A DNA stretch of 64,000 bases from Mobula hypostoma (GCF_963921235.1 NC_086097.1:7192001-7256000), one strand, 5' to 3'; shown: positions 12,540 through 25,619, counted from the first letter of the stretch. The notes: generated by a model from the sequence alone, not told the origin. A program made the numbers and translations.

Positions 12540-12870
12540 GATGTAGCACGGAGAGCATTCTGACTGGCTGCATCACCTTCTGGTATGCGGTGGGGTACTG
12601 CACATGATCGAAGTAAGCTGTAGAAAGTTGTAAAATTAGTCAGCTCCGTCATGGTCACTAGCCTCTGAAGTATCCATGACATCTTCAATGAGTGGAGACT
12701 CAGAAAGGCACCACCCATCATTTGGGACCCCCATCACCCAGAGCATGTCCTATTCTCATTGTTACCACCAGGAAGGAGGTACAGAAGCCCGAAGACACAC
12801 ACTCAGTGATTCATGAATAGCTTCTTCCCCTCGCCATCTGGTTTCTAAATGGACATTGAACCCATAAACA
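12540..12870 (+). mobile_element. Rex1/Babar-like LINE 3' fragment
   Basis: Degenerate ILTGCIT.W...DPHHP.H.LF.LLP.GRRY coding segment, like the other copies in the window. Confidence 0.65.
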
Positions 12871-12918
12871 CCAAAAAACACAGTAAGATAAAGAACACAA
12901 TAATAAAAAATAGAATAC

Positions 12919-13440
12919 ATCTGGCAGTGTTCAGAGCTTCCTTCATCAGGTCAGTAGCTTCCTCTCAGTTTTCACTACTGTCAGTCATTCAAGTCCCAAG
13001 TGGAGACTGCGGAAAACCGTCACACTCTGATGTAGAAGGATTCTTTATTGCTATATCTATAATGGTTCTGTTTCAACAGTCAGGGTTGTTAGCACTCAGC
13101 GGAACCCCTGAACCTGGGGGCTTTTCACCTTTGGTCCCCACCGGACACTCCGCTCTCACCTGCTGTTTGCATGTGACAGCAGCCACACCCCGGTACACCG
13201 CTTTGACAAGTGGGCTAAACCAGGAGAGGGTAGCCAGCAGCCTCATACCCCAGTGAGATAGGGACATGCCTGTCCTAGCACATGAAGTCAGCTCCGGTGG
13301 ACTGGGTGGTCCAATGAGATACAGTGAGATCCAATGGCCAGGAAGGTGGTACTGCGAAGCTTTGTGGAGAGCACAGGTCACGTCAAAGCACAGAAGGCAT
13401 CATGGTCATCCTGCAACGAAGGAAGACTGCAGTTTTTGAC
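12919..13440 (-). mobile_element. Interspersed repeat, possibly RTE-associated non-LTR fragment
   Basis: Related copies at about 14630-15030 and 22715-23080. Family assignment is tentative. Confidence 0.45.
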
Positions 13441-15791
13441 ACCTGTTCATAATATTGGACCCTGAATTCTGACGTCAAGAGAGTGGAAATTCCCCAGAGC
13501 AATGTCTTTTCCACATTGAAAACTGTCCCGCACACATTTCCTGTCATTGTTGGACATGACAGACAACCACCACCAATCACAGGACAATTTACAATTACCA
13601 ATTAACCTACTAACTGGTATATCTTCGGATTGTAGAAGGAAACTGGAGCACCCAGAGGAAATCCACACACTTATTGGAACATGCAAACTTCCTACAGGGG
13701 ACTTTGGAACTGGACTCTGATGCCCCGAGCTGTAGTAGATTGTGCTAACCACTACGCTACCTTGCTATTCCTATGGTTTATATGCCAGCCCCAATATCTA
13801 AACGTGAGGCTTGTGCAAAACATATGAACTCACAGGATATTTAGTTGGACAGAATGGATTTGGCTAAATGCTTGTGTTTTATTAATTCTTTCTAAACCTG
13901 AGATTTTGAAACATTCTTGGCACTACATCTGGTTAGTCTACGATTTCACGCACATTGTGTATGTAGAAGTTCTGACTTGTGACATAACCCAAATATAAAG
14001 GCAATAATGATAGAGTAATCGCCAATAGATCTGGTGGAGGACTGAGGAGGAACTTTCTTTAAACAGAAGGTGGTGAGAACATGGAACTCACTGATGTGGG
14101 GTGTAATTGAGTGGATGGCAAATATATACTAAATGTGAAAATATATTCCCTTGTCTTTTTATTAGGTATACCTTCTGCTGCTTATTAATGCATATACATA
14201 TATTTTATATATAAATATAAATTTAAAAATATACAACTGTACATTGATCGTATGTTCATAAAGTGACACTAGTTGGAGGAGCATCTGCACATAAGGTGAC
14301 TGACAGAAATTGAAAATAGTTGTGTTGTGGTGGGGTGGATTAATGGATGGAGGTGTTGATCAGCCTTACAGTTTTTGAGTCCTGGTTGTCCTGGTGTGGA
14401 TGCTAGATAGCTTCCTCCATGATGGGAGTGGGACAAACAGTCCATGAGCAGGGTGAGTGGGATCTTTCATAATTTTACTAGCCCTTTCCTCGTACCTTAA
14501 ACATGACAGAAATTGTTGGAGCTTTATTGACAGATCTGGATTGGATGGAACCTTGAAGGTCTAATAGACAAGTGTACTCTCTGTCAACGATTGAAAATAT
14601 CGAACAAGACAATTCCATTGTGTTAGTTACTGTCTGTTATGCCGCTGGCGTTTAGGACTGCAATGGAAGTCCTCCACCTCTGGCAGTGTTCATCGTGTCA
14701 GTAGCTTCCTCTTGGTTTTCACTACTGTCAGTCATGTAAGTCCCAAGTGGAGACTGAGGAATACCATTGCCCTCAGTTGTAGAAGGATTCTTCATGCTAT
14801 TGCCATAACAATTTTGTTTTAACAGACAGGGTTGTTAGCCCTGAGCTGAACCCCTAAACCTGGAGGACCAATGGATCACTCTTCGTCTGGCATCTACCCT
14901 TTGACCTGTTTGGCATGGGTGACTCTTGCAAGAGTCGAAGCACAAAGCCCTGACTTCAGCCAACATAGCTGTCTGGATCATTGAGGGACACAAGCCTCCA
15001 AACCCTATGACAAGATTGTGGTCCTCATGGAGGGTTCCAAAGAGTGCACAGTGATAATTGTGTGAAAAGGATTGATAACTTCTTGAGGTCAATTTTCTTA
15101 TGTCATGGTTTACCAGAACAATTCAACCTCAGATAATGCTTCTCAATTTGCTCATTCCAATTTGACTGTTGTGTACAACAGAATGTTAGGAGGCACAAAC
15201 AGCATCTTTCAGCTTGAAATGGTTTAACAGAAAGGCAAGAGAGAATTATCAAAGGACCATTACAGTATGTTTGTGTTTAGGAATATGACATCCGTTAGCA
15301 AATACTTTATTAAACCACAGAACAAGACACATTTCACAGCAAATTATACTCTGGCTCAGATACTTATGGGTCGAAGACTGAGAATAACATTAAGTTTATT
15401 CCAGTCAAATCTTGAAGAGAAAGGTAGGGACATGACAATTTACAAGGACCAAATAATCTATAACTGGTATGTCTTCAGACTGTGGAAGGAAACCAGAGCA
15501 CCCAGAGGAAACCCACATGCTTAAGGGAAGGATGTACAAACTCCTTACAGGGGTCTTTTCTGGTTGGCTACCGGTGACTAATGATGTTCTTCAGGGGTCA
15601 GTGTTGGGACTGTTACTTTTCACATTATTTGTCAATGATTTAGATAAAATGGAATTGGTGGCTCTGTCTTAAAGTTTGCAAAGATACAAAGATAGATAGA
15701 GAGGTAGGTAGTGCTGAGGAAGCAATGCAATTGCAGCAGGACTTAGACAAATTTGGAAGACTGGGCAAAAAAGTGACAGGTGGAATATAGT

Positions 15792-16336
15792 TGATTACAG
15801 ACGTTAGGCTTATAGTAGACATCAGTGGATAAGCTGTCTCCAGAGACAGAGACAGAAAGATCTAGAAAGGGGAGGGAGGTGTCGGAAATGGACCAGGTAG
15901 CCTCCAACCTGATGGCATGAACATCGACTTCTCTAACTTCCGCTAAGGCCCCACCTCCCCCTCGTACCCCATCTGTTACTTATTTTTATGCACACATTCT
16001 TTCTCTCACTCTCCTTTTTCTCCCTCTGTCCCTCAGAATATACCTCTTGCCCATCCTCTGGGTCCCCCCCCCTTGTCTTTCTTCCTGGACCTCCTGTCCC
16101 ATGATCCTCTCGTATCCCCTTTGGCCTATCACCTGTCCAGCTCTTGGCTCTATCCCTCCCCCTCCTGTCTTCTCCTATCATTTTGGATCTCCCCCTCCCC
16201 CTCAAACTTTCAAATCCCTTACTCACACTTCCTTCAGTTAGTCCTGACGAAGGGTCTCGGCCTGAAACGTCGACTGTACCTCTTCATAGAGATGCTGCCT
16301 GGCCTGCTGCGTTCACCAGCAACGTTGATGTGTGTT
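15792..16336 (+). mobile_element. Penelope-like element insert: inverted RT fragment, ORF end, 3' UTR and hammerhead motif; 13-bp TSD
   Basis: TSD GGTGGAATATAGT at 15779-15791 and 16337-16349. The minus strand of 15792-15897 encodes TWSISDTSLPFLDLSVSVSGDSLSTDVYYKP; the plus strand encodes GSLQPDGMNIDFSNFR*, resembling a Penelope-like ORF C-terminus. Confidence 0.82.
16239..16276 (+). ncRNA. Minimal type I hammerhead ribozyme motif
   Basis: Stem I TAGTC/GACTG, core CTGACGA (16244-16250), stem II AGG/CCT, GAAA, palindromic ACGT, cleavage triplet GTC (after 16271). Confidence 0.72.
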
Positions 16337-17514
16337 GGTGGAATATAGTGTTGGAAAATGTATGATGATGCATTTTGGTAAAAGGAACAATAGTGCGGAC
16401 TATTATCTAAATGTGGAGAAGGTTTAAACATCAGTGATGCAGAGGGACTTAGGAGTCCTCGTGCAAGACTCCCAGAAGATTAATTTACAGGTTGAGTCTG
16501 TGGTAAGAAGGCAATGTTGGCATTTCTGTCAAGGGGAATAGAATATAAAAGCAAGGCGATAATGCTGAGCCTTTATAAGACACTAGTCAGGCCACACTGG
16601 AATTGTCAACATTTTTGCGCCCATACCTCAGAAAGGATGTGTTGTCATTGGATAGCGTCCAGAGGAGGTCTACAAGGATGATTCTGGGAATGAAGGGTTA
16701 ACCTATGAGGAGTGTTTGGCAGCTTTGGGCCTGTACTCACTGGAATTAAGAAGAATGCAGAGGGATCTCATTGAAACCTGCCGAATGTTGAAAGGACTAG
16801 ATAGGGTGGATGTTAGAGGACGTTTCCTATGGTGGGGGTATCCAATCTAAATGAAACAGGCTCAAAATTGAGAGGCAACCCTTTAGAACAGAGGCAAAGA
16901 GGATTTTTTTTAGCCAAAGAGTTGTGAATCTGTGGAATGCTCTGCCACAGACTGCGCGGAGGCCAAGTCCATGCATATATTTAATGTGGAAGTTGACCGC
17001 TTCCTGATCAAGCACGGCATCAAAGGATATGGCGAGAAGACAGGTGTATGGGGTTGAGTGAGGTCCGGAATCAGCCATGATACCCTGAACTGTAATAGTT
17101 TTGCACTAACCACTATGCTACCTCGGTGCCCCCATGGTTTACATGGCAGCCCCAGCATATAAATGTGAGGCTTGTGCGAAGCGTATGTACCCACAGGAGA
17201 TTTAGTTGGAGAGAATGGATTCAACTAAATGCTTGTGTTTTATTAATTCTTTCCATATCTGAGATTTTTAAACATTCTTGGCACTACATCTGGTTAGTCT
17301 AAGATTTCACGCACATTGTACATTAGAAGTTCTGACTTGTGACATAATCCAAATATAAAGGCAGTAATGATAGAATAATCACCAATAGATCTGGAGAGGG
17401 ATTGAGGAGGAACTTCTTTTAAACAGAAGGTGGTGAGAATGTGGAATTCATTGATGTGGGGTGTGATTGAGTGGATGGCAAATATATACTAAATGTGAAA
17501 ATATATTCCCTTGC

Positions 17515-18066
17515 CTTTATATTAGGTACAGCTGTGTACCTGCTCATTAATGCAAATATTCCATCAGCCAATCATGTGTCAGCAACTGAATGCATATAAG
17601 CATGTAGATATGGTCAAGAGGTTCAGTTGTTGCTCAGACCAAACATCAGATTGAGGAAGAAATGTGATCTAAGTGACTTTGACAGTGGAATGATAGTCGG
17701 TGCCAGATGGGGTGGTTTGAGTATTTCTGAAACTGCTGATCTTCTGATATTTTTACACATGACAATCTCTCGAGTTTGCAAAGAATGGTGTGTTTTAAAG
17801 AGCATCCAGTGAGTGGCAATTCAGTGGTCAAAAATGCTTTGTTAATGAGAGAGGTGAGAGGAGAATGGCCAGACTGGTTTAAGCTGACAGGAAGCCGACA
17901 GGAACTCAAATAACAATATATTACAACAGGGGTGTGCAGAAGAGCACTTCTGAATGCACAATCCGTTGAACCTTGAAGTGGATGGCCTACAGCAGCAGAA
18001 GACAACAAACTACACTCAGTAGCCACTGAGTGTCACATAAGTTACCTAACAAAGTGGGTGCTAAGT
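17515..18066 (+). mobile_element. Internally deleted Tc1/mariner transposon
   Basis: Transposase N-terminal HTH remnant KKCDLSDFDSGMIVGARWGGLSISETADLL (ORF 17627-17812); degenerate TIRs TTTATTAGGTAC and TACCTAACAAAGTGG. Confidence 0.8.
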
Positions 18067-18270
18067 TTAGATAAGTGTTGAAGGGTTAATGGAAAGATAT
18101 ACAGATAGAGTTAGAGGACATTGTGTGGGAATAGACCCATGCTTGCAATTAAATCCTACCAAAAAGTTTTTGGTCTAAATAACCAATTCCTAAGTTCTAT
18201 ATTCTATCGGTTGTTGGTATGAATTATTTGTAACAAGTTATTACCATTAAACTGAAATTCATTATACTTT

Positions 18271-18575
18271 AGACAATAGACAATAGACAATAGGTGCAGG
18301 AGTAGGCCATCTGGCCCTTCGAGACAGCACCGCCATTCACTGTGATCATGGCTGATCATCCATTATCAGTATCCAGTTCCTGCCTTATCCCCATAACCTT
18401 TGATTCCGCTATCTTTAAGAGCTCTATCCATCTCTTTCTTGAAAGCATCCAGAGACTTGGCCTCCACAGCCTTCTGGGGCAGAGCATTCCATATATCAAC
18501 TACTCTCTGGGTGAAAAAGTCTTTCCTCAACTCCGTTCTAAATGGCCTACCCCTTATTCTTAAACTGTGGCCTTT
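18271..18575 (-). mobile_element. 5'-truncated CR1 3' end with 15-bp TSD
   Basis: (AGACAAT)n tail; TSD AATTCATTATACTTT at 18256-18270 and 18576-18590. Confidence 0.85.
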
Positions 18576-19584
18576 AATTCATTATACTTTGAAATTCATT
18601 AAGAGTCATTGTTGTTATAGAGCACTTAAGTGTGATAGAAAGTTGCTGAAACCATATGCCCACTTGCACTTGTTGAGCTCGTCAGTCTCCATTGCAGGTT
18701 CCTTGATCAGAGAGAGTGAGTCAGATGCAGAGCTAAGCTCTTTCTGTGATCTCAGGACCTGCCTCAGAAGGGGACCAGTCACTTCTGCTTGGATAATTCC
18801 CCACCGCCTGCTCCCTACCCCGCTGCCATCACTTCCCTCACCAGCTACCCGCTAACAGTTCGCTGGAATGAGATTCAGTTTCAGACTATCTATTACCCAC
18901 ATTCCAACAGTAAATGCATTTCGGATACGGTTAAACATTTAGGGACGCCATGAAAATGATAAGAAAACCCAAAATAAATGCAAGATTCCATTTCTTTACA
19001 TTTTGAAATAACCTGATGTTAAAATAAGGATAAACCTCTGCCCGTTAAAATTTTGATAGCAGTATCCCAAACTGAGCTTATATAGTCAGGAGTGGATTCC
19101 ATCAAATTGTGATGGGTTTGAACTTAGGTTTCAGGAGCAGGGGCATCTAACCCTCTATGTTGCTACATTCCTGCCTTTGGCCTTACATAAAGATTGTTTA
19201 CATTCCACTCTAGATTGGGTCCACTGACAACTTCCAAAAAGAAAACAGATTGTCAGTTGTAAATCTGGTCCATTATTTTTGTGTTTTGCCTGGTTTTGCA
19301 GCTTCCAGAGCCCACTGTGTTGGCAGAACACATTAATCAGTCTTGGAATTAATGGTGGAGCCAATCTAACAGGGTGTAAATTATCCAGTAACAGCTCGAG
19401 AATATTTAGAGCACATGTCTGCGTCTGCACTGAAATTGGATAAATAGTCCAAGCAAACTATGGTCAGCAATACATAGGCCAATTTATCAGGTTTTGATCC
19501 TTGCTGTGACACAAGCTATTTAGACTGCATATATATAGATAATAAGTGTACATATTTATGACATTAACCATTGTGTTGGTAGAA

Positions 19585-19925
19585 GGTGTATAATGAGAAG
19601 CATTGATAGTCGGAGGCTTTTTCCCAGGGCTGAAACAGCCAACATGAGAGGGTACAGTTTTAAGGTGCTTGGAAGCAGGTACAGAGGAGATGTCAGGGGT
19701 AAGTTTTTATGCAGAGAGTGGTGAGTGCATGGAATGGGCTGCCGGCGACGGTGGTGGAGGCAGATACGATAGGGTCTTTTAAGAAACTCCTGGATAGGTA
19801 TATGGAGCTTAGAAAAATAGAGGGACATGGGTAACCGTAGGTAATTTCTCAGGTAAGGACATGTTCAGCACAGCTTTGTGGGTCGAAAGGCCTGTATTGT
19901 GTTGTAGGTTTTCTATGTTTTCTAA
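19585..19925 (+). mobile_element. CR1 3' fragment
   Basis: FF.QRVV..WN.LP coding remnant and TTCTATGT tail. Further fragments at about 20130-20345(+), 20625-20810(-), 21960-22365(+), 35050-35645(-), 37330-37470(-), 58995-59230(-), 61860-62030(+). Confidence 0.8.
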
Positions 19926-19964
19926 TTCGACACTGGAGAGTAATGGTTAGTGTAATGTTTTACT

Positions 19965-20070
19965 GTGAAGGAAAGAGAATGAAAGAAATGGGAAGAGAAG
20001 GAAAGAGAAGAAATAAGTGAAAGAGAAGGAAGGAAGGAAGAAAGGAAGCAAGGGAGAAAAGGAAGAAGAC
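19965..20070. repeat. GA-rich low-complexity tract
   Basis: Runs of GAAG/GAAA. Confidence 0.8.
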
Positions 20071-20984
20071 TGCTCCCATAGTTTTCCTTTCTGTTTGTAT
20101 ACGTTCATGGAAGATGGATATTTTCAAAATGGCTGATGTGTATTAATGTGAATCTGTAGAATTCATTGTCACAGATGGCTATAAAGTCCAAGATACTGGA
20201 TATAATTAAAGAGGATTTGATATGTTCTTGATTAATGAGGGTGTCAAAGGCAGGAATATGGGGTTGAGAGGGATAATAAATCAGGCATGACGAAATGGCA
20301 GAGCAGACTCGATGGGCTGACCAATTGAATTTGGCTCCTATGCCCTTTCAGTTTAGTCCCTTGGCAGAAATGCACCACTGATATCCCACTGGCGGCATCC
20401 AGTGTTGGGGGAGATGACATCAGCAAAAAGAGGTGTTGCTTTATGTTTAATCAGTGAGTCCATCTAATGGCATGTATATTGTCACTGTCAAGTTTTGTGA
20501 CAACTATTTTGTTGAAGAATTTTGAGTTTGCAACCATTTATTTCACACTTTAAGCACTTTAGACATCACAAAGGGTAAGTATAAAAGCCATCTCAAAAGT
20601 ATAGTTCCAGAAATCTCTGCAGATTATAAGACCATAAGATATACGAGCAGAATTAGGCCATTTGGCCCATCGGGTCTGCTCCACCATTTCATCATGGCTG
20701 ATCCATTTTCCTTTCAGCCCCATTCTCATGCCTTTTCCCTGTAACCCTTCATGCCCTGACCAAACAAGAATCTGTCATCCTCTGCCTTAAATTTACCCAA
20801 TGACTTAAGGCAGGGGTTGATAGATCAACCCTGTTATCTGCAGGAGGAGTGACCCTTCTTCTCATTGTAGTTGGACATATTTCAGGTATGTAAGGGAAAG
20901 GAGACCTGAAAGTCTAGACCTACTTTGCACCAAGTACTATTTTGTTTATCTTCCAGGTGGAAGATGGGGATAGAATAACACAAT

Positions 20985-21570
20985 CGAAGTACTGGAGTAA
21001 CTCAGCAGGCCTGGAAATATCTATTGAAATGAATAAACAGTCAATGTTTTAGGCCAAGATCCTTCATTGGGACCCTTCATGAGTCCTGATGAAGGGTCTT
21101 GGCCTGAAACGTTGACTGTTTATTCCTCTCCATAGCTGCTGCCTGACCTGCTAAGTTTCTCCAGCACTTTGTGTGTGTTAGTCTGAACTTACAGTATCTA
21201 TTCCCTCCCCTGCTTCCCCTCTTACCTCTTTTCCTCACCTGCGTATGATCTCCCCCGGTGCCCCGCCTCCTTCCCTTTCTCCCATGATCCATTCCCCTCT
21301 CCTGTCAGACTCCTTATTCTTCATCCCTTTACCTTTCCCACCTATCACCTCCCAGCTTCTTACTTCATCCCCTGTCCGCCACTCACATGGTTTCACCTAT
21401 CACCCTGCTTGTTCTCCTTCCATTACTCAACCTTCTTATTCTGGCTTCTTTCCCCCTTTCTTTCAAGTCCTCTTATTCACTTCCATAGATGTTGCCTGAC
21501 CTGTTGATTTCCTCCACCATTTTGTATGTGTTGCTTTGGATTTTCAGCAACAGCAGAATCTGCCGTTTTT
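20985..21570. mobile_element. Penelope-like terminal repeats in inverted and direct arrangement
   Basis: Minus-strand copy about 20985-21075, plus-strand copy 21082-21190 with hammerhead motif, then a second pyrimidine-rich 3' region to about 21570. Confidence 0.7.
21082..21118 (+). ncRNA. Minimal type I hammerhead ribozyme motif
   Basis: AGTC-CTGATGA-AGGGTCTTGGCCT-GAAA-C-GTT-GACT. Confidence 0.62.
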
Positions 21571-23453
21571 ATGTCAGGGTGCAGAGATACAGTGCCCTTC
21601 CATTAATTTACATATCTGATTTTGCCATATTTATAAATAACATCTTTTTCCTTTTACAGATAACACACAGATGTGATGCATGTTCAGTTGAACCACCTCT
21701 CTACAATAACACTTAGAAGCTACAACATTCTGCAGTTCTGTCAGTGAATACATCGATGTGATTGAACATTGACGTTCTTGTGATACTTGTTAAAAGGTTC
21801 AAGGTTCAGAGTCATTATGTTGCAGCTTCAGAAGAGCTGCTGGAATGAATTACCACCAAAAGGTGCCTTTATATCCAATGTGTTCATATCAGTTACTTGG
21901 CTATCATTGTGTCTTTTTACTGTTAGAGAAATGAAATCTGTTAACAAGAAGAACAATAATCTTGAAGAAGCTTCTCTCTGGAGTGAAGGAGGATGAGAGG
22001 TAACTTGATAGAGTTGTATAAGATGATAAGAGGCATAGATAGAGTAGATAGTCAGAGACAATATTTGCACAGGGCAGCAATGGTAGATATAAGAGGGCTT
22101 AATGTTAAGGTGTTTGGAGGATTGTTTAGAGGAGATATCAAGTTTAGTTTTTCAACATAGAGGGTGTTGCATGCATGGAATGCCCTGCCAAGGGTGGTGG
22201 TAGAGGAAGTATATTAGGGACATATAAGAGACTCTTTGACAAGCACATGAATGAAAGAAAAATAGAGAGCTATGTGGGAGGACTGGGTTAGATTAATCTC
22301 GGAGTAGGCTTAAATGTTGGCACAACATTGGGGGCGAAATGGCCTACAGTACTGTACTGTTCTGTTTGATTTTCTCACACTGCCAGTGGCAAGTGACATA
22401 TTTGTAATATGTTTGGAAAGCAATAGCTAATTGTTATTGAGAAAATGGACTTCAAGATTTGAAATTTGAATTATGCAGTGTGAATATTATCATAAAATAA
22501 TTTATCATGTCCAAATAAAATTTCTTTATCCTCTTTATTAAATGAACATTTAAAACAATTTTAATTTAAATGGATTAAAATAGTGGATAATGAAACAGCT
22601 TGTGAATATGAATGCGTTTAAAACCTAATAGCTGCATAACTTCGAACCCATGGTTCGACTGGGTCTTTAACATCAATGTAACTAGTGTACCAGACTGTAA
22701 GTAACGCACCAAGGATCATCACCACGTTGAGGTGGAGAGTCTTGTGATTTCCTGAGATCCCTAGAGGTGATACCACCTAGAGCTTTGCTCTTGGTTGGGT
22801 CACCCACGGCGATCAGGTCAATAGTGAGGATCAAGACAAATAGCAATCCAACCAAGACCTCAACAGTGGAGCTGGCAGAAGATGATAGCACTTCACAACG
22901 GCAGTGAAGGCGGAAGAAGGCTGCAGCAGTGAAGGGTCCCCAGTCATCTTACACTGCATTCCTCTAGACCCTGACCCCGGTCTGTCAAGGACTGTGTACT
23001 GGCTGTCTGTGCATCAGCCTCCCCACCTTAAACGAAGTCACTCACAGGCCTTCTCCATTACGGGGAAAGTGCCTCAAGGGAACATCATACTCGTCTCGGG
23101 GGATCACACTACTACCAATGCTCTTTAACAGAAAAGCCGACAAAAAGTAACAGATACGGCCCAGTCCATTACAGGCAAAACCCTCCCCACCACTGAGCAC
23201 ATCTACACGGAGCACTGTCACAGGAAAGCAGCACCACCCAGGCCATGCTCCCTTCTCACTGCTGCCACCAAGAAGAAGGTATAGGAGCCTCAGGACTCAC
23301 ACCAGCAGGCTCAGGAACAGTTATTACCCCTCAACCATCAGGCTTGTGAACCAGAGGGAATAACTTCACTCAATTTCACTAGCCCCATCACTAAACTGCT
23401 CCCACAACATACAGACTCTTCATCTCATGGTCCCAGTGTTTGTGTGGATGCTA

Positions 23454-23899
23454 TGTGATTTGTTACCCTGTTACAAATAATGGCCGCAAAATAACAGACA
23501 ATACACTGCATACGCTTAAAAAATTTAGCTTTATAATTCTTAATTTTACTAAAGGGTTAGTAAAGAAAGAGCAAAAAAAGAAAAGGGCCCATTTTAATGA
23601 AACAGAATATCGTGCACAAGTTGGAGCTCATGATTTCCCCTTCTCCGATCCTTCTTCGATCTCACCGGGCTTCGTCGAATCACAGCCCTGCTCTAGGTCA
23701 AGTCCTACGATCTCTTTTCTTTGGTGTCTTCTCTCTCCTTTTCCCTAGCAAAAGCCCCAAGCCCAAATTTAGTGTCCCTCCCCTTAATCCGGCCATCCTA
23801 ACTGGATGACACACAATTCTCCTAGCTCTTATCTTCAACAGTAGCCCAAGCAAGCAGCTTGCACAGAACAACATAAGAAATACGAACCATGGCATTACA
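23454..23899 (-). mobile_element. Possible solo LTR
   Basis: TG...CA-bounded block of about 445 bp between LINE fragments. No TSD found. Confidence 0.35.
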
Positions 23900-24559
23900 A
23901 TAGTATGTACAACAGGACAGTCAATTTAACATAGAAATACAATTGTATCAGTGTGAGTTAATCAGTCCGATGCCCTGGTGGAAGAAGCTGTCCCAGAGCC
24001 TGTTGGTCCTGGTTTTTATGCTGTGGTACTGTTTCCCGGATGGTAGCAGCTGGAACAGTTTGTGGTTGGGGTGACTCGGGTCCCCAATGATCCTTCGGGC
24101 CCTTTTTACACACCTGCCTACTATTTTTATTACTATATATTTTTTCTCTTTCTTTTTGTATTTGCGCAGTCTGCTGTTTTATTTGCATGCTGGTGGTTTA
24201 TTCATTGTGTTGGATGTGGTCTTTCATTTATTCTAGAGCATTTCTTGTATTTACAGTGAATTGCAACAAAAATTAATCTCAGGGTTGTATATGGTGACAA
24301 ATCTGTATTTTGATAATAAATTTACCATTAACTTTAAACTTAAGACAGTGAATGGAGTGTGGGAAGCACGTCAACCAAAATAAATCAAAGTTAACATAAT
24401 GTAAAAATGATATTGAAATAAGCCATAGATGACAGGACAGTACAGCAATGTATAGGCCCTTCTACCCACCATGTTCTGCCATCCCTTTAACCTACTGCAA
24501 GGTCAGTTGAACCCTTCTCTCCATTTTCCTTTCGTCCAGATTCAGAATCAAATTTCAAA

Positions 24560-25520
24560 GTTCAAAGTAAATTTGATTATCAAAGTACATATATATAACC
24601 ATATACAACCCTGAGATTTATTTTCTTGTGGGCATACTCAGTAAATCTAGAGAATAATAAACTATAACAATCAATGAATGACCGCCCAACTGGACATTTA
24701 ACCAGAGTGCAGAAGACAACAAATTGCAAATAGAAAATGAAGAAACAATAATAATAAATAAATAAGCAATAAATATTGAGAACATGAGATGAAGAGTCCT
24801 GGAAAGTGAGTCCATTGGTTGTGGGAACAGTTCAGTGATGGTTTGAGTGAAGTTGAGTGAAATTATCCCCTGAGGTTCAAGAGCTTGATGGCTGAGGAGC
24901 TATAACTGTTGCTGAGCCTGGAGCTGTGAGTCCTGAGGCTCCTGACCCTTCTTATCAATGGCAGCAGCAAGAAGAGAGCTTGCCTGGGTGGTGGGGATCC
25001 TTCATGATGGATGCTGCTTTCCTGCGACAGTGCTCTGTGTAGATATGCCCAGTAGTTGGGCAGGCTTCATCCATGATGGACTGGACCGTATCCAGTACTT
25101 TTTGTAGGATTTTCCTTTCAAAGACTTTTGTGCTTCCATACCAGGCTGTGATGCAACCAATCAAGATACGATCCACTACATATTTGTCAAAGTTTGTCAA
25201 AGTTCGAGATGTCATGTCAAATCTCTGCAAACTCCGAAGGAAGTAGAGGTGCTGCCATACTTTCTTCTTAATTGCACTTAACAGCTGGGCCTAGGGCAGC
25301 TCCTCCAAAATAATAACATTTAGAAATTTAAAGTTGCTAACCTTCTCCACCTCTGATCCTCCGATGTGGACTGCCACATGGACCTCTGGTTTTGTTTGGC
25401 TGAAGTCTATAATCAGCTCCTTTGTCTTGCTGGCATTGAGTGAGAGGTTGTTGTTATGATGGCACCAAGCCAGGTTTTCAATCTCCCTCCTCATATGATG
25501 ATTCACCACCACCTTTGATT
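24560..25520 (-). mobile_element. Rex1/Babar-like LINE 3' portion
   Basis: NNLSLNASKTKELIIDF, FKFL and ILIGCITAWYG...DPHHPG (ORFs 25291-25512 and 24955-25230); ACTTTGA-type tail. Confidence 0.78.
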
Positions 25521-25619
25521 TGAATCAGAATCAGAATAACTCCATTGCCTGTATGTGAAGCATCCCAGAATTGACTGTGGTTCAGTGCCAACCATAAAAC
25601 ACCAGATAATAGCATTACA

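Larger units (their letters stand above)
15551..17077 (+). mobile_element. 5'-truncated CR1 LINE inserted in a V-SINE and interrupted by a Penelope-like insert
   Basis: QGSVLGLLLF RT region through the 3' UTR. SINE halves lie at about 15430-15550 and 17078-17130. Confidence 0.85.

Noticed and set aside
21640..21790. Host exon after a strong polypyrimidine/CAG acceptor (TTTTTCCTTTTACAG)
   Set aside because: All three frames stop within about 60 nt, the peptide is unrecognised and no partner exons are evident. A non-coding or terminal exon cannot be excluded.
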